DNA from: Parcubacteria group bacterium
GTDB taxonomy: Bacteria > Patescibacteriota > Minisyncoccia > Phycocordibacterales > Phycocordibacteraceae
Direction of reading: 5' to 3'
Assembly: GCA_028286525.1 (NCBI GenBank)
Contig: JAQBRL010000020.1
Location: forward strand, 7,444-71,443
DNA length: 64,000 nt
Below, piece by piece: positions 57,314 to 64,000 of the stretch. The stretch's first letter is position 1. The number at the start of each line of letters is the position of its first letter. The notes under the pieces are model-generated. The model had not been told where the DNA came from, did no database searches, and saw nothing but the letters and a program-made list of their open reading frames with translations. A program made the translations under genes and the position numbers.

Positions 57314-60300
57314 ATGATTCATACAGAAGCTCGTACGTCCCGGCTTTCTCGGAGCCTCGTCGCCCTACAAGCCAGCATCTCCATGCTGAGCCTCATCGCA
57401 TTATCAGTACCGACCAGCGCGCTCGCATCTCCCGTGTTCCATCAGCAGTGCATATTCGTAAGCGACGCTACTACGCAGCAGGGTGGGCATGACTCGGTGC
57501 CGGTCACGCTCCCGCTTAATCAGTACTGGACCGCCACTATCGCTGACGCGGCCTGGATCTGGGGAGAGGATATCTTCGACATCGCCAAATTCGACCCAAG
57601 CGTCAATAAGACCGAGACATTCACCAAGACCTTTACGGTGACCGGAAGCTCCACAGCATCGCTCAATATCGCCGCCGACAACCTCTATACCGCCCGCATC
57701 AATGGCACGGTCGTCGACCAGCATACCGAGGACCCATACCTCGCCAGCAACTTCGAGACGACCCATACCACCGTGATCCCCGCGGGGCTCATCCATCCCG
57801 GAACGAACACTCTCGAAATAGAAGTGACCAACATCGGCGTCGCCACGGATGCGCGCTACAACCCAGCAGGGCTGCTCTACAAGCTCATCGTAGCGGCAGA
57901 CACCTGCGCAGTCGTACCGCCTGTTCCGCCAGGACCCCAGCCGGGACACCTCGTGCTCACGAAGCATGTGGTGAACGACGGTGGCGGGGTCGCTGCTCCA
58001 AGCGATTTCCAGCTCCATGTCATGACGACGGACGAGTCGCCCCTTGATGTCGCTAATAGCCCGCATGCGGGTTCCGATACAGGAATCACGTACGAACTCG
58101 CTCCAGGCGACTATACCGTCTCCGAGGATCCAGGCGCCCACTATCAAACGACCTATTCGGACTTCTGCGCGGGCGGCCATGTGCATATTACGGCGGGCGG
58201 GAATACCGAATGCCTTGTGACCAACACCTTCGTTCCGCCGCCCTCGTGCACCGTCGTAAGCGACCCAAGCACCCAGGAAGCCGGCCATGACTCGGCAGTG
58301 CTCACCTTCATCCATGCGAGCTGGACGCATCTGCTCGATTCCATGGGAGCCAAGTGGATCTGGGGCGAGGACGGCGTCGTTGACCCGGTCGGGAACACGA
58401 CCGAAGTATTCACCAAGGTCGTGCATGTGAACGGCACGCCTTCGAGCGCGACCGTCGACTTCGCTACCGACAATGGCTACCAGGTACGCGTGAACGGCGT
58501 GCTCGTTGGAACCGATCAGATTGCATCTGAGTTCAATTACGGTGCGACCACGACTCTCAACATCCTCCCGAACCTGACCCCGAATGCGGACAACACGATC
58601 GAGTTCACCGTCCATAACTTGGCAATGACAGGCGGCACGCAGCAGACGAACCCTGCCGGCCTCATCTACGCCATCCACATCAATGACAGCACGTGCAGCA
58701 TCCCGGATCCGCATCAGAGTGCGACCATAGTCGCCACGAAGATCGTCTGCGACAGCGATACCGACCTCCCGAACCTCGCCGGGAACTCTCACGCGACCGA
58801 TGCGAACACCGCTTCAGCATTCCTCGCATCGCATCCGTCCTGCCATCTGCAATCTGGCTGGCAGTTCGAATGGGGGAATCAGGATGCAGGGGACGCGGGT
58901 AATGCGCTCATCGGTCCCGCAGGCAATGGCTATACGACCTCAGCGCAAACCGACGGCACAGGCTCGGTCACTATGACGGTGCCGCTCGCGAACGTGAATT
59001 CGATCCATATCCGCGAAGTCCTCAAGAGCGGCTTCATCCCCTTCACGTTCGACTCCGCGAGCTCCACGCCCAATGGAAATAGCGTAAGTGCCGAACTCTC
59101 GTGCCATCAGGACGGCCTCAACTACGATAACCTCGATTACATTAATAGCCCGACCGCGGGAAATACGTATTACTGCGTCGCGTACAACGCGCCAAAGCCA
59201 AGCGAGGGGCCCGGACCAGGAAAGTTCAAGGTCCATATCTTCAAGTATCTTGATAACGGAGACGGCGGGGTAGCGCAGATCCCGAACGATTCGAACGCGC
59301 CGCATTTCCCGATGATCGCGACGTACAGCATCTTCGGTGTAGGGATAAATCTCTTCCCGGGCGATGGCTACGTACTGGGCGACGGTGGGGGAGTGGGAGG
59401 AAGCGATGGAGGCCTGCAATTCGCGGCCAATACCATCCCGCTTTCGCTCGGCGACACGTACGGCACCCATGAGGTGACCGGCGGCGACAGCGTCGTCGTT
59501 GCGAATGCCGATTCCTGCACTCCCGGTAAATACCTGCTCGAGGGATACAAGACCGGCGACACGTTGAGCGATGCGCAATCAGCGACGATAAGCTCCTCCG
59601 CTCCGAATTATCTCGGCATCATGCACGACAAATACGTCATAGTGGTCAACAAGGCGTGCCCGGCAGGGCAGGGCGGAGGCGACACCACGCATACGGACGA
59701 AACCATCGTCGTGCACGCGGGCGACCTGGACACGACCTCTTCTAATCCGCTGCTCGTGATCGTTGCCGGACTCAACAAATGGTTCTTCTACAACGACACG
59801 AACGATACAGTCGACAACACCCTCGGTTCCTTCGTGACCGGTCCTGCGACCGCACCGCTTGGGACCGGGAGCGCGCAGATGACGGATGCGGATGCGAACG
59901 CACGTCCTGACATCGCGACGTATCAATTCTCCGGCACCAAGCTTGCCGATATCACCTCGCTCGCCTTCAGTGCGTATTCGCACAGCGGCGTAGCGGGCGC
60001 AAGCGAATCGCCGTACCTGGTCATGAACGTGGATTTCACGGGCGTCTCGGGCGCCTATCAGCGCCGCCTCGTGTACGTGCCGAGCGATAACGGCAGCGTG
60101 CCGCAGGATGCATGGAATACGAACGATGCCGTGAATGGCGGAGCAGCTAAGTGGGTATATTCAGGTCCGAACTGGCCCGCGACCCTCGTCGGTCCTGATG
60201 CAGGCCTTACGGTACCAGGTACCACCACCCGCACCTGGAGCGCCATACTCGCTGACTATCCGAATGCCCGCCTGCTTCCTTCGGGCGGCTTCGTGGGCGT

Positions 60301-60844
60301 CCGCGTCGGGGAGCCTGGTCCGGCCGCCTACACGGGCAACGTCGACCGGTTCGTCATCGGCGTCAAGACCGGTACCAACATCGATACCAAGACCTATGAC
60401 TTCGAACCGACTGCCATTACTCCCAAGACCGTTATCAATGGTGGCGGAGGAGGAGGCGGAGGTGGCGGGTTCATTACGCGAGCAGGCTCGGTGCTCGGTG
60501 CATCGACTTCCACGCCTGACGTATGCAGTCCTCTGCTTACGAGCTTCCTCAAGCTCGGCTGGAAGAACGACCCTACCCAAGTGAAGAAGCTCCAGCTCTT
60601 CCTCGCGAGCCATCTCGGCATCACGCTTCCGGCTACCGGGGTCTTCGGCCCAGCAACGCTGAACGCGGTGAAGCTCTTCCAGAAAGGCCAGTGGGATAGC
60701 GTGCTTAAACCATGGTTCGGGCAACCGGGTTCCGGCATCTCGAGCGCTGATACGCCGACCGGCTTCGTCTACCAGACGACCAAGTGGCGCATCAATAATA
60801 TCTGGTGCCCCGGAAGCGAAGCGTTTCCAACGACGCTTCAGTAG
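57314..60844 (+). CDS. Large secreted surface protein (1176 aa) with internal duplicated domains, a Gly10 tract and a C-terminal peptidoglycan-binding-like domain
   Basis: A signal peptide is followed by two homologous modules of about 150 aa (…GHDS…WIWGED…NPAGL(L/I)Y…). The C-terminal LFLASHLGITLPATGVFGPATLNAVKLFQ resembles PG_binding_1. Confidence 0.8.
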   Translation: MIHTEARTSRLSRSLVALQASISMLSLIALSVPTSALASPVFHQQCIFVSDATTQQGGHDSVPVTLPLNQYWTATIADAAWIWGEDIFDIAKFDPSVNKTETFTKTFTVTGSSTASLNIAADNLYTARINGTVVDQHTEDPYLASNFETTHTTVIPAGLIHPGTNTLEIEVTNIGVATDARYNPAGLLYKLIVAADTCAVVPPVPPGPQPGHLVLTKHVVNDGGGVAAPSDFQLHVMTTDESPLDVANSPHAGSDTGITYELAPGDYTVSEDPGAHYQTTYSDFCAGGHVHITAGGNTECLVTNTFVPPPSCTVVSDPSTQEAGHDSAVLTFIHASWTHLLDSMGAKWIWGEDGVVDPVGNTTEVFTKVVHVNGTPSSATVDFATDNGYQVRVNGVLVGTDQIASEFNYGATTTLNILPNLTPNADNTIEFTVHNLAMTGGTQQTNPAGLIYAIHINDSTCSIPDPHQSATIVATKIVCDSDTDLPNLAGNSHATDANTASAFLASHPSCHLQSGWQFEWGNQDAGDAGNALIGPAGNGYTTSAQTDGTGSVTMTVPLANVNSIHIREVLKSGFIPFTFDSASSTPNGNSVSAELSCHQDGLNYDNLDYINSPTAGNTYYCVAYNAPKPSEGPGPGKFKVHIFKYLDNGDGGVAQIPNDSNAPHFPMIATYSIFGVGINLFPGDGYVLGDGGGVGGSDGGLQFAANTIPLSLGDTYGTHEVTGGDSVVVANADSCTPGKYLLEGYKTGDTLSDAQSATISSSAPNYLGIMHDKYVIVVNKACPAGQGGGDTTHTDETIVVHAGDLDTTSSNPLLVIVAGLNKWFFYNDTNDTVDNTLGSFVTGPATAPLGTGSAQMTDADANARPDIATYQFSGTKLADITSLAFSAYSHSGVAGASESPYLVMNVDFTGVSGAYQRRLVYVPSDNGSVPQDAWNTNDAVNGGAAKWVYSGPNWPATLVGPDAGLTVPGTTTRTWSAILADYPNARLLPSGGFVGVRVGEPGPAAYTGNVDRFVIGVKTGTNIDTKTYDFEPTAITPKTVINGGGGGGGGGGFITRAGSVLGASTSTPDVCSPLLTSFLKLGWKNDPTQVKKLQLFLASHLGITLPATGVFGPATLNAVKLFQKGQWDSVLKPWFGQPGSGISSADTPTGFVYQTTKWRINNIWCPGSEAFPTTLQ

Positions 60845-60870
60845 GCTTCCTCTCCATCTCGCTTACTCAC

Positions 60871-60900
60871 AACCCCGCCTCTGGCGGGGTTGTCGTTTAC
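60871..60900 (+). terminator. Rho-independent terminator
   Basis: The aaccccgcc/ggcggggtt stem is followed by a T-rich run. Confidence 0.55.
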
Positions 60901-60924
60901 CGGTTCTTGTTATATAAAAGAAGT

Positions 60925-61968
60925 ATGGTGAAATCAAAACCGACGCGCCGCATGCGAGCGCTCCTCCTCGCCGGAGAGTTCGCGGCTCTGGGTGCTGCGT
61001 CGGTCATCCTCCTCGTCTTCCTCGCTTCCTCGCTCGATGGTCTCTTGGTCCGAAGCGGCCAGGGAGCTGCCGTCATCACCTCCATGCTCGTGGACCTCGC
61101 GAATACCGATCGAGGCGTGAATCATGTCGGCGAACTTACTATAAGTCCGACCTTGACCAGCATTGCGCAGGCCAAAGCGAACGACATGGCCGCTCGCGGC
61201 TACTTCGCCCATGTCTCGCCGGAAGGGCACGACCCCTGGTACTGGTTCACGCAGGGCGGCTACCTCTTCTCCTACGCAGGCGAGAATCTTGCCGTGGACT
61301 TCTCTGACTCCGCGGACGTGGAGCAGGCGTGGATGAATTCCCCGACCCACCGTGCGAACCTCCTGAACGGGCATTTCACTGAAATAGGTATCGCGACCGC
61401 CGTCGGCACCTATCAAGGGCACCAGACGACCTTCGTCGTGCAGGAATTCGGTACGCCCGCCCATGCAACCCAAACGGCTGCGATAACGAACGTGACGAGC
61501 CCTACGGCTCCTACCGATATCGCGCTCGCAACGACTATCACCCCTTCGCCTCGACCAGTCGCACGGCCCCTAGCCATAGCGCGGGCGACCACTACTACCG
61601 GAAGCGCGACCGCCACCCCTGCCATTATCCAGCCAGCTGCACCGCACGCGACCGAGGTGCTGGGAGCCGCGGCTACCGGCCTTTCGAACCCGCCTGCGCC
61701 TCAGCAGTTGGGTCTTACCGCGCTCTGGAACGTCTTCGCTGCCTCGCCTAAGACCACGCTGCGCTACGCATACTATCTCTTCGGGCTTCTCATCCTTATC
61801 GCGCTGGTCATCGAGACCGGCATCGAACTCCGCCGGCACCATATGAAGCATGTATTCCTCGCGATAAGCCTCCTCGTCCTCATGAGCGGCCTCTTTATGG
61901 CGGCGAACGCATTCGTATTCACGAATCCCATCATCGCTGACACCGGAGCAACCGTTTCGGGCACTTGA
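60925..61968 (+). CDS. CAP/SCP/PR-1 domain protein with C-terminal TM segments
   Basis: CAP motifs are YFAHVSPEGH, GENLA and HRANLLNGHFTEIGIA. The start was chosen at MVKSKPT. Confidence 0.75.
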   Translation: MVKSKPTRRMRALLLAGEFAALGAASVILLVFLASSLDGLLVRSGQGAAVITSMLVDLANTDRGVNHVGELTISPTLTSIAQAKANDMAARGYFAHVSPEGHDPWYWFTQGGYLFSYAGENLAVDFSDSADVEQAWMNSPTHRANLLNGHFTEIGIATAVGTYQGHQTTFVVQEFGTPAHATQTAAITNVTSPTAPTDIALATTITPSPRPVARPLAIARATTTTGSATATPAIIQPAAPHATEVLGAAATGLSNPPAPQQLGLTALWNVFAASPKTTLRYAYYLFGLLILIALVIETGIELRRHHMKHVFLAISLLVLMSGLFMAANAFVFTNPIIADTGATVSGT

Positions 61969-61987
61969 TACGCTATACTTCCTTCGT

Positions 61988-62188
61988 ATGATCAGATTCC
62001 TCATCATTTTGGCCATATTGATACTCGCCCTGTCCTTTTTCGGCATTTCTATACGCAGCATCGTCCAATCACCGACCGGCCACGACAATTTTACCTTCAT
62101 GTGGGAGCTCATCAGGACCGGCTGGCACATACTGCTTGGCTGGTTCCATGTCTTGGTCGCCACCATCCAGGCAGTGCTTCCGGGGTAA
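61988..62188 (+). CDS. Small hypothetical membrane protein (66 aa)
   Basis: Two hydrophobic helices are present. Confidence 0.35.
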   Translation: MIRFLIILAILILALSFFGISIRSIVQSPTGHDNFTFMWELIRTGWHILLGWFHVLVATIQAVLPG

Positions 62189-62319
62189 TACTCGAGCGCC
62201 ACATACTGGTCTTTTTGTCCAAGATATGGCTTTATAAGGCCATATTCTTGACAAGGAAGCCAGACTTGACGAACCCGAAAGCAGCCCTCTAGGGTTAGGT
62301 GATGGACGGCCCGAACCCC

Positions 62320-62348
62320 TTGACAAAAGAAGCTAAAGCTGCTAGTGT
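62320..62348 (+). promoter_or_regulatory. Sigma70-like promoter: TTGACA, 17-nt spacer, TAGTGT
   Basis: A consensus -35 and correct spacing were read directly. This argues for the 3D-protein start at 62380 rather than 62299. Confidence 0.45.
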
Positions 62349-62379
62349 GGCTTTACGAGGCCGTTTTTCGACCTCTCCT

Positions 62380-63009
62380 ATGAATCTAATCGCTACAGCC
62401 CTAGTAATGGGGATTCTTTTTTTGCCCGGAACGGCATTCGTGCCGGCGCACGTGGAGGCTTCCACGACGCCAGCGACGAATTCCGCTTCGAGTGATGACC
62501 CTTCCCCTATGAAGGCAGCTGCCGCGCCTGCGGTCGCTGCCTCGAGCTACAACGTGAAGCTTACGGCGTATAATGCCGTGGCTTCGCAGACCGACGGTGA
62601 TCCGTCCATAACCGCCAGTGGCGCGGCTTCTAACTCCGAAGTCATCGCGGCTCGCTCGCTCGACCTCGCAAGCGCGCTGCCGTTCGGCACCGTGGTGCAG
62701 ATCACGCGCACGGCAAACGACACGCCCGGCTGTAATTTCCATAAAGTCGAATCCCAGATCGGGTACCGCGTCATTGCGGACACCATGAACGCACGCTGGA
62801 CCAAGCGCGTGGACGTGGAACTCGATGCAGGCAATACCGTGAAGGTCGAGGGTAAATCGATCAATCCCGGCCTTGCGCTTGGCGTATGCAGCACGGTCAC
62901 CGTGAAGGTAGTGGGGCATGTCGCGCTCTCGCGGATACCGGGCACCCAAGCGGAACTCGCGCAGCTCATAGCGCCTACCGCAGCCGGCGCACTCGCGCTC
63001 AATAAATAA
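62380..63009 (+). CDS. 3D-domain (MltA-like double-psi beta-barrel) cell-wall protein
   Basis: After a signal peptide, VKLTAYNAVASQTDGDPSITASGA ... LPFGTVVQI is the 3D-domain signature. Confidence 0.7.
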   Translation: MNLIATALVMGILFLPGTAFVPAHVEASTTPATNSASSDDPSPMKAAAAPAVAASSYNVKLTAYNAVASQTDGDPSITASGAASNSEVIAARSLDLASALPFGTVVQITRTANDTPGCNFHKVESQIGYRVIADTMNARWTKRVDVELDAGNTVKVEGKSINPGLALGVCSTVTVKVVGHVALSRIPGTQAELAQLIAPTAAGALALNK

Positions 63010-63054
63010 TTCCGTAGGTACGTGAAAGAATTCGAGGGATCGAACGTCTAAAAA

Positions 63055-63080
63055 GGGCGGAACGCGCACGCGTTCCGCCC
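63055..63080 (+). terminator. Terminator hairpin gggcggaacgcg-ca-cgcgttccgccc followed by TTTCG; probably bidirectional
   Basis: A 12-bp perfect stem is flanked by an A-run upstream and a T-run downstream. Confidence 0.6.
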
Positions 63081-63116
63081 TTTCGCGTCGTTTGCTATAC
63101 TAAAAAAATACTCGGT

Positions 63117-64000
63117 ATGCATCTCTACCCTCGTCATCTCATCATCCTTGCGGAGATCGCGCTCATCCTCCTGTGCGCCAGCATGCTTTTCAATATCGCC
63201 CCGGACACCGCGCATGCCGTGACCACCACGAAGACGACTACCGCTAAAGCGACTGCCGTGCAGAAGCCAGCACCGCCCGCTCCGGTAGTAGCCAAGACCG
63301 CATTCGAAGTGTCCGGCTGGATACCGTACTGGCGCACCGCGACCGGAACCGCGGACGTTCTGCCGCATCTTTCCCAAATGACGGAAGTGAATCCGTTCGG
63401 CTACACGGTCAAGCAGGACGGAAGCCTCTTTGACGCGATGAAGGTAGCGGACCCCGCATGGCAGAACCTCTTTACGCAAGCGAAAGCGAAGAAAGTCCGC
63501 ATCATTCCGACCGTCATGTGGAGCGATACGAACGCCATTCACACGGTGCTCTCGAACCCGACGCTGCGCGCGGCCCATGAGGACGCTATCGTCGCCATGG
63601 TGAATCAGAATAACTTCGACGGCGTCGACATCGACTACGAAGGCAAGCTTGCGAGCGACCGCGATAATTATTCCGCGTTCCTTAAGGAGCTCTACGCGAA
63701 GATGGGAAAGAAGTGGGTGACCTGCACCACTGAAGCGCGCACTCCTCCGGACTCGCTCTACGCCACTATTCCGAGCACTCTCGAGTACGCGAACGATTAC
63801 AAGGCAATCGCTAAGTACTGCGACCGGGTGAAGCTCATGACCTACGACCAGGAGTCCGCGGACCTCAAGCTCAACAAGGCATCTACAGGCCTCTATACCC
63901 CTATCGCCGACCCGTCCTGGGTGACGAAGGTGGTGAATCTCGCGAGCAAGGACATCCCGAAGTCGAAGATCGAGATCGGCGTGGCTACCTACGGCTATAT
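63117..64000 (+). CDS. Glycoside hydrolase family 18 (chitinase-like), 3' partial
   Basis: Hand translation finds a signal peptide and the GH18 catalytic motif DGVDIDYE. The ORF is open at the window end, so it is not in the ORF track. Confidence 0.7.
   Translation, partial: MHLYPRHLIILAEIALILLCASMLFNIAPDTAHAVTTTKTTTAKATAVQKPAPPAPVVAKTAFEVSGWIPYWRTATGTADVLPHLSQMTEVNPFGYTVKQDGSLFDAMKVADPAWQNLFTQAKAKKVRIIPTVMWSDTNAIHTVLSNPTLRAAHEDAIVAMVNQNNFDGVDIDYEGKLASDRDNYSAFLKELYAKMGKKWVTCTTEARTPPDSLYATIPSTLEYANDYKAIAKYCDRVKLMTYDQESADLKLNKASTGLYTPIADPSWVTKVVNLASKDIPKSKIEIGVATYGY

Noticed and set aside
57404-58792. 462-aa minus-strand ORF
   Set aside because: It is antisense to the large secreted-protein gene.
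63048-63578. 176-aa minus-strand ORF
   Set aside because: It is antisense to the GH18 gene (DGVDIDYE motif) that runs off the window end.

Overview
This 64 kb window is densely packed and almost entirely plus-strand coding. GC is high (about 60%), with a few clearly lower-GC patches. I found no rRNA, CRISPR array, transposase or integrase.

Recognisable core genes:
- Six aminoacyl-tRNA synthetases (leuS, 5' partial; alaS; tyrS; trpS; aspS; gltX) plus one tRNA-Tyr(GTA).
- The infA-rpmJ-rpsM-rpsK-rpsD-rpoA-rplQ block followed by rplM-rpsI.
- A chaperone operon, grpE-dnaK-dnaJ, that is interrupted twice by extra genes.
- scpA and scpB, split by an inserted lower-GC DHFR-like gene.
- A partial division/cell-wall block: DacA-like carboxypeptidase, mraY, ftsW, a NUDIX gene, murG.
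- Cell-wall and surface enzymes: mltG, an M23 peptidase, a 3D-domain protein, a CAP-domain protein, a GH18 hydrolase (3' partial) and a 1176-aa secreted protein with a C-terminal peptidoglycan-binding domain.
- Others: mnmA, ung, two M16 peptidases, pepA, speH, an MsbA-like ABC exporter, an orphan histidine kinase, a DAG-kinase-like lipid kinase, a HAD hydrolase and an AlkA-like glycosylase.

The short AlaRS (no C-Ala domain), the short archaeal-type AspRS, the Cys-free L36, frequent ATGA start/stop overlaps and the many small membrane hypotheticals suggest a reduced-genome (CPR/Patescibacteria-like) bacterium. That is inference only.

Most noteworthy observations:
- A complete NUDIX box inserted inside LeuS.
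- A roughly 600 bp low-GC segment inside alaS.
- A SUFU-like gene between grpE and dnaK, and a three-gene cassette (wHTH plus two tandem paralogs, each bounded by GGGCGG...CCGCCC hairpins) between dnaK and dnaJ.
- A shared roughly 35-nt intergenic motif with a perfect CGTACT-ATG-AGTACG palindrome upstream of both mltG and gltX.
- A TyrRS whose HIGH motif is replaced by QAGN.
- A DUF2156 (aminoacyl-tRNA transferase-like) gene in a low-GC island.

The antisense, Arg-rich long ORFs in the six-frame track are rejected as GC artefacts.
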